The notes beneath the pieces were generated by a model. It saw nothing but the letters and a program-made list of their open reading frames with translations, did no database searches and was not told where the DNA came from. DNA of 37,986 nt from a virus. The stretch lies in UHGV virus genome UHGV-0235716. The stretch is one strand, 5' to 3'. Positions 27,824 to 35,095 of this stretch are shown here, in pieces (position 1 is the stretch's first letter; each line of letters starts with the position of its first letter). The position numbers and the translations under genes were made by a program.

Positions 27824-28100
27824 TTATATCTACCTGACTCTCTTTAAACCCGAACTTGACAAATCCATGCTCGTACGTTGCTTTCTCCTTGTCGTACTTT
27901 GATACATCAATACCACGTCTGATCATCTCTTCCCACGCAAGGTCAAAGAGTTTTTCTTGATTCAAATAGAGCCAAATCCCTTTCTTCTTATCCTCAGAAT
28001 CATGGTCAGTTCCGTGCGAATTGAAAATCTGACTCGTATCATTTCTCATTTTTTGATATGTAATCAACGGCATTGTTACCGTTCCTTCTAATTGTTCCAT
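27816..28100 (-). CDS. Hypothetical protein
   Basis: 94 aa with GAGGA RBS. Confidence 0.65.
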   Translation of the reverse strand: MEQLEGTVTMPLITYQKMRNDTSQIFNSHGTDHDSEDKKKGIWLYLNQEKLFDLAWEEMIRRGIDVSKYDKEKATYEHGFVKFGFKESQVDINV

Positions 28101-28120
28101 TGACTTTTCCTCTCTTCTAT

Positions 28121-28813
28121 TTATGAGTTATCCGAAAATCTAAATTCCATCAGATCAGCAAGCATCAAGTATTCCTTTGCCTTTTTCGTTTCCCCATGTG
28201 TCTCTACTACCTTTTTTCGGAATTCTGATAAATTTCCATAAAAACATCCGCATTTCACACCAACTCCTGCTTTTGTTTTAAAAAATGTAGTTGTACGATA
28301 TTCGGAGCCAAAACCATGCACCGTGGCGTAGCCAGCATCACCGTACACACAAGCATCACCGCACACACGAGCATCACCGTACACACAAGCATCACCGTAC
28401 ACACGAGCATTATCGTACACCCAAGCATTACCGTACACCCAAGCATTGTCGTACACACGAGCATCACCGCACACACAAGCATCACCGCACACACAAGCAT
28501 TACCGTACACCCAAGCATTACCGTGCACACGAGCATTATCGTACACACGAGCATTACCGCACACACGAGCATCACCGCACACACGAGCATTACCGCACAC
28601 ACAAGCATCACCGCACACACAAGCATCACCGTACACACGAGCATTATCGTACACCCAAGCATTACCATCCTGACTTAGATTTTCTTCTTTTTCCACGAAA
28701 CCGCCAAGCTCACCCGCTTTAACGTTTCCAAACTCGATTAATGCTTTAATACGAAATAATTTTGTCCCGAAAATATTAGTGATAAACTCACTTGTTAACT
28801 CAAATTTTTTCAT
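28121..28813 (-). CDS. Hexapeptide-repeat (beta-helix) phage protein
   Basis: LFRIKAL...GELGGFVEKEENLSQ, then (G/D)(N/D)A(W/R/C)V(Y/C/H) x18, then VKCGCFYG. Confidence 0.88.
   Translation of the reverse strand: MKKFELTSEFITNIFGTKLFRIKALIEFGNVKAGELGGFVEKEENLSQDGNAWVYDNARVYGDACVCGDACVCGNARVCGDARVCGNARVYDNARVHGNAWVYGNACVCGDACVCGDARVYDNAWVYGNAWVYDNARVYGDACVYGDARVCGDACVYGDAGYATVHGFGSEYRTTTFFKTKAGVGVKCGCFYGNLSEFRKKVVETHGETKKAKEYLMLADLMEFRFSDNS
28334..28666. repeat. 18-bp coding tandem repeat, 18.5 units
   Basis: Minus-strand unit G(G/A)T(A/G)ATGCT(T/C)G(T/G)GTG(T/C)(A/G)C. Confidence 0.95.
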
Positions 28814-28900
28814 TTGACTTTCCCTCTCTTCTGTTTTACAATTTAATTGTCTAATTTACCGAGCGCCCGAGTTTGCCGGCTCATATGGGTGCTCTTTTTT
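28814..28900 (+). ncRNA. Antisense small RNA unit (promoter, about 50-nt RNA, terminator)
   Basis: TTGACT(28814)-17-TACAAT(28837); hairpin GAGCGCCC...GGGTGCTC then a T-run. Confidence 0.65.
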
Positions 28901-29093
28901 ATCGAATCATGGATATTACCGTAATCTCTCCGGCTAAAAATCCAAGTGCTATGGCTATCATTGTTCCGATAACCGTCATAACTCTGCGAAACATAATCTC
29001 GTCATAGAGGTCCTTCTTAAGCAGCTGCTTCGCCAGTCTGCGTTGTCTGAGCACGTCTGATCGTTCGAACTGCATAACCTTAATCTCGTTCAT
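28899..29093 (-). CDS. Small membrane protein
   Basis: GGAGGTG RBS; C-terminal hydrophobic segment. Confidence 0.65.
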   Translation of the reverse strand: MNEIKVMQFERSDVLRQRRLAKQLLKKDLYDEIMFRRVMTVIGTMIAIALGFLAGEITVISMIR

Positions 29094-29267
29094 TTACACA
29101 CCTCCTATTAAAATTATCTGCCCTACAATCCCGACGACAATTATCGCCAGTACCAAAAGAGCCATTACGCAAGCTGATCTCTTTTCCTTACGCAAATATT
29201 TCTCATGTCTGTTACGGATTCTCCGCTTCTCCCAATCAGGGAGTGCTTTTCTTCTGTTCCAGTTCAC
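29094..29267 (-). CDS. 57-aa membrane protein
   Basis: MNWNRRKALPDWEKRRIRNRHEKYLRKEKRSACVMALLVLAIIVVGIVGQIILIGGV; GGAGGTG RBS. Confidence 0.7.
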   Translation of the reverse strand: MNWNRRKALPDWEKRRIRNRHEKYLRKEKRSACVMALLVLAIIVVGIVGQIILIGGV

Positions 29268-29494
29268 TATGTATCACCTCCCTTCAGTCGAGCTATCGCC
29301 TCTTCCCTACTAATCTCAGCATACTTCGCTGTTTCTGTTATCGTAGCTTCATATCTGTGCTTTTTCGGTCCGGTTTTGATAACTCGACCGAATTTCCAAA
29401 AACCATTTTTCATATTGTAATGAACTGTACCGACATTACATCCCATTATTTTTGCAATTGCCGGTCCTTGTATGATTTCGCTCACGTTTATCAC
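29267..29494 (-). CDS. Small HTH protein, candidate excisionase
   Basis: PAIAKIMGCNVGTVHYNMKNG...KHRYEAT; early-operon position. Confidence 0.55.
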   Translation of the reverse strand: MINVSEIIQGPAIAKIMGCNVGTVHYNMKNGFWKFGRVIKTGPKKHRYEATITETAKYAEISREEAIARLKGGDT

Positions 29495-29593
29495 CTCGCT
29501 TTCTACTAAATTCAGTACACAGATACATTCTGCTACTCTCTATGTACTTCTTTTTCTTTCTGCAATCGTTGCATGTCATTTTGTTACACCTCA

Positions 29594-29655
29594 TTGCTTT
29601 TTGTTTTACTATCTCCTATACTTTAGATACAGGCATCTGCCAATGCCAAGTACAA
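29594..29655 (+). promoter_or_regulatory. Orphan antisense promoter with 5' hairpin
   Basis: TTGCTT(29594)-17-TATACT(29617); hairpin GGCAT-CTGCCA-ATGCC at 29632-29647. Confidence 0.55.
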
Positions 29656-29702
29656 AAGATCTGAGCTGTCTAGGCTAGACAAAATCCATCGATACCAACG
29701 AA

Positions 29703-29873
29703 TTAATTAGTATGAGGTATCGATAAAACATCTTCAACTACTGCAATCCTCTCGCTTGTAATAATGATTGATGTGTGAGGATTGTAGTTTTCTAACAAAA
29801 ACTTAACTACTGGCTGCGTTACTTCTTCTAGTGAATCCATCTTTTTAATGGAACCCGTATTGTTCAATACCAT
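29703..29873 (-). CDS. 56-aa hypothetical protein
   Basis: GGAGGTG RBS; ...VTQPVVKFLLENYNPHTSIIITSERIAVVED... Confidence 0.7.
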   Translation of the reverse strand: MVLNNTGSIKKMDSLEEVTQPVVKFLLENYNPHTSIIITSERIAVVEDVLSIPHTN

Positions 29874-29908
29874 CTCCATCACCTCCTACTCTAAGAAATA
29901 CTCAATGC

Positions 29909-29937
29909 TTGTCTCTCGATTATTTATTTGGTATAAT
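29909..29937 (+). promoter_or_regulatory. SigA promoter of the DUF4393 moron
   Basis: TTGTCT-17-TATAAT with extended TG. Confidence 0.75.
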
Positions 29938-29968
29938 TTCCTCATCAAATGATGAAAGGAATGATTTT

Positions 29969-30769
29969 ATGTCAGATGAAAGCACGAACAAAATAGCATT
30001 AGTTAATCTTCCTGATATGCCGGAATCAGTCGATAATGCACTTACCAATCTTACCGATTCCCCTACCAAAAATGTTGTTCAAACACTCGGCGATTTGTGG
30101 TACTTAGTATTCGGGAACATCAGTCATGCTGCTGATAAAAGACGAATGAAATATGCCACTGATTTAGAAAAATATCGTAATGAATTATCTGATGCTATTA
30201 GCAGAATACCTGATGCTAAAAAGATTGAGCCATCTTTTCAAGTAACCGCACAAGCATTGGAAAATTCTAAATACTGTGTTTCTTCAGAAACTCTTAGGAC
30301 AATGTTTGTAAAACTAATTAGTGGATCCATGAATCAAAATACCGAATCTCTTGTACATCCATGCTTTCCCGAAATACTGAAACAATTAAATGAAAACGAT
30401 GCATTACTTTTAAAAGATATTTTTTCTGCCAAACAACCATTACTTCCTATATGCAATGTCGGAATTCACGGAAATGATAACGGTCGTTATATTTTATATC
30501 CAAACGTTTTCCTACCACAAACTTTGGAACTCTCTTATCCCCTTTGCTCGCTTTCAATATCATCTTTAGAGCGAGCCGGATTGATTTCTATCCGATATGA
30601 TGCTTGGATAAATAATGAAGAAGCTTATAGCAAACTAAAAGAAACATCCATGTATGAGGAAGCAAAAGCAATTGATAACGACTTTAACTTCGAAAATCCT
30701 GTATTTTCCAAAGGTTTGGTTCAATTAACTCATTTGGGCAAAGCGTTTTCTATCGTTTGTATTTCATAG
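29969..30769 (+). CDS. DUF4393 / Abi-alpha-family protein
   Basis: EPSFQVTAQALENSKY, LRTMFVKLI, VHPCFPEILKQL, SISSLERAGLI, LTHLGKAF; counter-oriented moron with its own promoter. Confidence 0.8.
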   Translation: MSDESTNKIALVNLPDMPESVDNALTNLTDSPTKNVVQTLGDLWYLVFGNISHAADKRRMKYATDLEKYRNELSDAISRIPDAKKIEPSFQVTAQALENSKYCVSSETLRTMFVKLISGSMNQNTESLVHPCFPEILKQLNENDALLLKDIFSAKQPLLPICNVGIHGNDNGRYILYPNVFLPQTLELSYPLCSLSISSLERAGLISIRYDAWINNEEAYSKLKETSMYEEAKAIDNDFNFENPVFSKGLVQLTHLGKAFSIVCIS

Positions 30770-30905
30770 ACTCCACAAAATTCTTTGTCTTTTCCGATAT
30801 ATCTTTTACATAGCCATCTACTATTTTAAAATAGTGGGTGGCTAAAATTTTTGTAACCACTGTCGATGTCACTATCGAAATTCCAACGCATAGAATAATT
30901 TCCAC
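30750..30905 (-). CDS. 51-aa protein with N-terminal hydrophobic segment
   Basis: MEIILCVGISIVTSTVVTKILATHYFKIVDGYVKDISEK...; overlaps the 3' end of DUF4393. Confidence 0.55.
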   Translation of the reverse strand: MEIILCVGISIVTSTVVTKILATHYFKIVDGYVKDISEKTKNFVESMKYKR

Positions 30906-30953
30906 GTCACCATCACTCTCCTTCCACAATTTTTCGTTCCATAATTTCCTCCT

Positions 30954-31721
30954 CTATGCTACTTCCTGCTCAATTACCGGATAAATATCATTTTTCTTAA
31001 GTTCCTCGTACAAGAAGAGTCGCCCTTTCTGTGTCCACTGTGTCTGCATTGTCACGTCCGGATCTCCGTTGCTTCTTGTAATATCGATTGTCTTGCTATG
31101 TACATACCCACAATTCTGATATTTCGAATAAAGCACCCACTGTTTATTGACCTTGTACTGGATTTTTAAACTATTTAGAATCTGATTAAACCGCATTGCG
31201 GACATTCCGTAATCTTTCGCAATCTGTGTTGTTGCCACTAGTGATTTCGATTCCAGAATATGGTCAACGTAATTTGCTTTCGGTTCCATTTCCTCGATTA
31301 GCTTCTGCTGTTCCACAACTTGTCCACCAAGGAACTCACATCTGCCTTTTAGGCTGTCAATCGTCTTCTGCGCTTCCAATACCGCTAAAGCAAGTAATTC
31401 TTTTCCTTGTGGAACGTGTTCTTTGATAATATTTTCCATTTCATGAAAACGATTGATGTATTTTGCCGTAAACTCTGTACCTTTAACCCCTGTAAGTTTG
31501 TGGGCGATAAATTCGCAGCCTTTCTTTGTTACAAGATAGCAAGGCATCGTCTTATTCTGCTCTGTTTTGTATGTAAATTCTGTAAAGAAATCGGTGTGTC
31601 CAATTTTGGACTCTCCTAATTGCTCGATATAACTTCTAATATCTCTAAGCAATTTATTATGTTCTTTTCCTACCATTTCAGCCACTTCTCGGCTGTCTAA
31701 CTTCTGTTCTAATCTGTTCAT
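30954..31721 (-). CDS. Rha-family / KilAC antirepressor
   Basis: LDSREVAEMVGKEH...LLRDI, FTAKYINRFHEME; C-terminal TQIAKDYG...WTQKGRLFLY. Confidence 0.9.
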   Translation of the reverse strand: MNRLEQKLDSREVAEMVGKEHNKLLRDIRSYIEQLGESKIGHTDFFTEFTYKTEQNKTMPCYLVTKKGCEFIAHKLTGVKGTEFTAKYINRFHEMENIIKEHVPQGKELLALAVLEAQKTIDSLKGRCEFLGGQVVEQQKLIEEMEPKANYVDHILESKSLVATTQIAKDYGMSAMRFNQILNSLKIQYKVNKQWVLYSKYQNCGYVHSKTIDITRSNGDPDVTMQTQWTQKGRLFLYEELKKNDIYPVIEQEVA

Positions 31722-31730
31722 TTATCCTCC

Positions 31731-31889
31731 TTATCCCGCTTTCTTATTCAGAATTTCTGCTTCTTGCTGTCTAAGCAAAAGCGTATTTGCATCTCTCGCA
31801 AGCAGCAAAATATCCGGTAAATCAATTTGTTCTAAAATAGTTACCATGTGTTTAATCTCCTGCTGTTTCTTTTCTTCAAGTCCTAACAT
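31731..31889 (-). CDS. 52-aa first lytic gene (cro position, no evident HTH)
   Basis: GGAGGTG RBS; MLGLEEKKQQEIKHMVTILEQIDLPDILLLARDANTLLLRQQEAEILNKKAG. Confidence 0.8.
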   Translation of the reverse strand: MLGLEEKKQQEIKHMVTILEQIDLPDILLLARDANTLLLRQQEAEILNKKAG

Positions 31890-31917
31890 TTTATACACCT
31901 CCTGTTTTTTCTTTTTG

Positions 31918-32033
31918 TTGTTTGTGAGATTATTATATATCTCATATACAATATTGTCAATAGTATTTTTACTGTTTTTATGATATTTTATTGTTTATGA
32001 GATATTGACAGTATATAGTTTCGCATGTATAAT
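31918..32033. promoter_or_regulatory. Lysis-lysogeny switch: divergent consensus promoters and operators
   Basis: Leftward TTGACA(31960-55)-17-TATAAT(31937-32); rightward TTGACA(32005)-17-TATAAT(32028). TTGTWTRTGAGAT at 31918, 31939 (inverted) and 31991. Confidence 0.88.
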
Positions 32034-32062
32034 GTGAGCTAAGGAAAGAGGTGATTGATATT

Positions 32063-32449
32063 ATGAAAGAGCAATTAAAAAAATTGCGTAAGCATTTAGA
32101 TATGACACAACAAGCTTTCGCCGATAAAATAGGTATGAAGCAAAATACAATTGCTCAATATGAAATGGGTAGAACCGTTCCTAGTGATGCTATTGTTTTT
32201 TCTATATGTAGGGAATTCGGTGTAAATGAAAACTGGCTTCGCACTGGCGAAGGTGAGATGTTTGAGCAATTAACCGAACAGCAGAAATTGATGAAATATA
32301 CAGCCTTGTTACTAAAAAACAAGGATTCTGCAATCGCTACCGCGATACAGACACTAATTGTTACGTATGAACAGTTAGATGACACAAGTAAAGCAACATT
32401 GGAAAAGATAGCTTTACAGTATATAGACAATTTAAAAAAGAGCCAGTAA
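32063..32449 (+). CDS. CI-like XRE repressor without peptidase domain
   Basis: LKKLRKHLDMTQQAFADKIG...ICREFGVNENWLRTGEGEMF; short helical C-terminal domain; divergent from the lytic operon. Confidence 0.9.
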   Translation: MKEQLKKLRKHLDMTQQAFADKIGMKQNTIAQYEMGRTVPSDAIVFSICREFGVNENWLRTGEGEMFEQLTEQQKLMKYTALLLKNKDSAIATAIQTLIVTYEQLDDTSKATLEKIALQYIDNLKKSQ

Positions 32450-32461
32450 TCTGGCTCTTTT
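32434..32461. terminator. Bidirectional terminator
   Basis: AAAAAAGAGCCAG-TAAT-CTGGCTCTTTT. Confidence 0.8.
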
Positions 32462-32471
32462 CCATGAATTA

Positions 32472-32591
32472 TTAGGCGAGATAACTTTTAACAAATTCAA
32501 GAATCTCTGCAACCTTTTCAGGTTGTGACTTTTCTAATAATTCAACAATAATTTTGATGTTATTTTGCTTTTTGCAATCTGCATCATTCAT
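32472..32591 (-). CDS. 39-aa LexA-controlled peptide, putative antirepressor
   Basis: GGGAGGGG RBS; MNDADCKKQNNIKIIVELLEKSQPEKVAEILEFVKSYLA; converges on the repressor gene. Confidence 0.75.
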   Translation of the reverse strand: MNDADCKKQNNIKIIVELLEKSQPEKVAEILEFVKSYLA

Positions 32592-32616
32592 GTGTACCCC
32601 TCCCGTGTTCGTGTAT

Positions 32617-32697
32617 TGAACGCACGTTCGAAATTCCTTAATAGAATATTACTACATTTTTTTATGTATTTCAATAGGTTTTTCGAACATTCGTTCT
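32617..32697 (-). promoter_or_regulatory. SOS-regulated promoter flanked by two LexA (DinR) boxes
   Basis: TGAAC-GCAC-GTTCG (32617-30) and CGAAC-ATTC-GTTCT (32684-97), around TTGAAA(32674-69)-17-TAATAT(32651-46). Confidence 0.85.
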
Positions 32698-32771
32698 TAA
32701 AAGGTTTTCTTATTTGCCCTTTTACTATATATACACATGACTAACGGAAATCTAACGCGGTTTTGGGGATT

Positions 32772-32789
32772 TGGTCGAGATCTCGACCA
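32772..32789. promoter_or_regulatory. Perfect 18-bp palindrome, candidate operator
   Basis: TGGTCGAGATCTCGACCA, directly after the small HTH stop codon. Confidence 0.6.
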
Positions 32790-32790
32790 C

Positions 32791-32988
32791 TTATTTATAA
32801 GGAGAATCAAACAGGTCTATTATTTGAACATTAAGACCTATTGCTAATTTCTCCATTGTGTCCATTCTAGGACTAGAACGACCATTTTTAATATCTATTA
32901 TAGTTGTTTTTGGTATTTTGGTTTTTATGGATACTTGTTGTACAGTTAAGTTTTTTTCAAGCATTATTTTATCAAGTAGTATTCTCAT
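32791..32988 (-). CDS. 65-aa XRE-family HTH regulator
   Basis: MRILLDKIMLEKNLTVQQVSIKTKIPKTTIIDIKNGRSSPRMDTMEKLAIGL; no SD; TAAAAT lies 7 nt before the ATG (possibly leaderless). Confidence 0.85.
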   Translation of the reverse strand: MRILLDKIMLEKNLTVQQVSIKTKIPKTTIIDIKNGRSSPRMDTMEKLAIGLNVQIIDLFDSPYK

Positions 32989-33120
32989 GCCTATAATTTT
33001 ACAATTCACACTGCGAGAAAACTACAGGTAAATACTGGAAATGATATAACCGCTACGGCGTTATATATAAAAGGGGTGGTTCCCTAATGATGTAAGTTAA
33101 AAAGAAAGAGAGGAATTTTT

Positions 33121-33762
33121 ATGAAAAAGAAAATTGTAACTTTATTATTAGCTGGATGCATGGCTCTGTCCATTACTGCTTGTGGTGGTGGAGATAACGG
33201 AAAGAAAGTCGAGTCACAAAAAGAAGTATCTGCGGAACAGAAAGAGCAGAAAGAAGAAAAGCCATCCGAAGATAATACAACAGGAGAAATTGTAGAAGAG
33301 AACGGTTTAAAAAAAGAGCCAGTAGCAACAAACAAAGAATTAAATCTTTCAGGAGAAACTGGTCCTTTTAAATACACTATCGAAGGAGTTCAGGTTTCCA
33401 AACTTACAGCTACAACAGATGAAATGGCGGAAATGCTAGGAATTGAAAAAGACAAAGAAGTTGCTCTTGTAGCTATCAATGCATCTGCGGAAAATACAAC
33501 CGAAAGCACTTTGTCTTTCTACATCGGTCAAGCTACTTTAACAACTAACACGAAAGAACAAGTGGAGGCAGACGGATTTTTAAGTGAATATATCGACGGT
33601 GAATTTTTAGGGAGTGTAAAGAATTCCGGAAATCTAATTTATATCTTAAAGAATTCCAAAGCTGAGGATATTACAAGCTTAACATTGCACATTGATGCTC
33701 CGCATGATGAAAATTTTGAAAACGTCGGAGATGAAGTGAAAATAGATATTAACTTGAAATAA
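33121..33762 (+). CDS. Lipoprotein, candidate superinfection exclusion factor
   Basis: MKKK signal peptide with lipobox SITA-C; acidic; located in the lysogeny module. Confidence 0.75.
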   Translation: MKKKIVTLLLAGCMALSITACGGGDNGKKVESQKEVSAEQKEQKEEKPSEDNTTGEIVEENGLKKEPVATNKELNLSGETGPFKYTIEGVQVSKLTATTDEMAEMLGIEKDKEVALVAINASAENTTESTLSFYIGQATLTTNTKEQVEADGFLSEYIDGEFLGSVKNSGNLIYILKNSKAEDITSLTLHIDAPHDENFENVGDEVKIDINLK

Positions 33763-33865
33763 AATAAAAACCGCTCCTGTGCCAACAGGAACGGTCAATA
33801 TATACCCGAAGATATACAGTTATTCTGAACAAATATATTGTATCATCTTCGGAAACAGTCTGCAA
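33762..33865 (-). ncRNA. Antisense small RNA unit in the integrase leader
   Basis: TTGCAG(33865-60)-17-TACAAT(33842-37) with extended TG; terminator ACCGTTCCTGT-TGGC-ACAGGAGCGGT-TTTT. Confidence 0.65.
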
Positions 33866-33937
33866 GTGGTTCTTTCCAAAACGGAAATAGCCATAGGCTG
33901 TTATTTTTATACCCAAAATTCAAAAGGAGATGATTTC

Positions 33938-35095
33938 ATGCCAAGAAAAAGAAAGAAATATCCAAAATTACCAAACGGCTACGGGCAAATTCGCTATTTA
34001 GGCTCTAATCGGCGTAATCCCTACGGTGTTTATCCTCCGGCAACAGAAGAATACCCTAATGGCCAAATGAAGCCACAGAAAGCACTCTGCTACGTGCCTG
34101 ACTGGCCAACAGGCTTTGCAGTCCTGACAGCCTATAGAGCTGGCACATACATACAGGGAATGGAAAAGGACATTGCTGCCATCGACAACAAGCAGAATGC
34201 AGATACTTTTATACAGGCGCTCCTTGCAAATTACAATCTAATGCAGGGAATCGAGGAAAAGCAGGAAAAAGGCAAGACGTTCGGGGAAATCTTTAAAGAA
34301 TACTATTTAGACAAATTTAAGCTGGAATACGGACATAGTGGAAAGAAAAAGAGCATGGAGTACAGCATGATCGCAGCTTATAAGAACTGCGCAGAACTGC
34401 ATGACAGGGAATTTATATCTCTTACGAAAAATGATCTGCAAAAAATCGTGGATGAGTGTAATCTGAAACACTCCTCTCTCGAACTGATCGTAACTCTATA
34501 TCATCAAATGTACCGATACGCTCTCGCAAATGATATTTGCGAAAAGGACTACTCACAATTTATTAGCATCGAAAAACCGGATGACGATGAAAATGGAGTT
34601 CCATTTTCCGCAAATGACTTGAAAATATTATGGGAAAACAAGGATGATGAAATCGTTGAGTTCCTACTGATCATGTGCTATTCCGGGTTCCGCATATCCG
34701 CCTACGAGACGTTAGAAGTTAATTTAAAGGATAATTACTTCCGCGGTGGTGTAAAGACCGCTGCCGGAAAAGATAGAATTGTTCCAATCCACTCTGCCAT
34801 TCTTCCACTCGTCAAACGCCGGATGAAACGGCGCGGTAGATTAATGGAGATTGAAATTCATAAATTCAGGACGCAAATGTATAATACACTAGAACCCCTC
34901 GGAATTGAAAAACACACACCACATGACTGCCGGCACACATTTTCAGCGCTGTGTGAAAAATACGGTATAAGAGAAAATGACAGGAAGAGAATGCTTGGTC
35001 ATTCCTTTAAAGACATAACAAATAAAAAATACGGCCACAGAGAATTAGAAGATCTGAGAGAGCAAATCGAAAAGATAAAAGTAGATTTGTTGTAA
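33938..35095 (+). CDS. int: Tyrosine recombinase (integrase)
   Basis: AAGGAG RBS; YSGFRIS, KTAAG, HDCRHT, LGH, KYGH catalytic motifs. Confidence 0.95.
   Translation: MPRKRKKYPKLPNGYGQIRYLGSNRRNPYGVYPPATEEYPNGQMKPQKALCYVPDWPTGFAVLTAYRAGTYIQGMEKDIAAIDNKQNADTFIQALLANYNLMQGIEEKQEKGKTFGEIFKEYYLDKFKLEYGHSGKKKSMEYSMIAAYKNCAELHDREFISLTKNDLQKIVDECNLKHSSLELIVTLYHQMYRYALANDICEKDYSQFISIEKPDDDENGVPFSANDLKILWENKDDEIVEFLLIMCYSGFRISAYETLEVNLKDNYFRGGVKTAAGKDRIVPIHSAILPLVKRRMKRRGRLMEIEIHKFRTQMYNTLEPLGIEKHTPHDCRHTFSALCEKYGIRENDRKRMLGHSFKDITNKKYGHRELEDLREQIEKIKVDLL

Noticed and set aside
28334..28666. CRISPR array, or real overlapping ORFs in other frames (28255-28668, 28291-28722, 28316-28678)
   Set aside because: The units are contiguous 18-mers with no unique spacers and no cas genes. 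The other open frames are by-products of a stop-free repeat.
33779..33937. ORF-track N-terminal extension of the integrase
   Set aside because: It crosses the structured leader; the ATG at 33938 has an AAGGAG SD.
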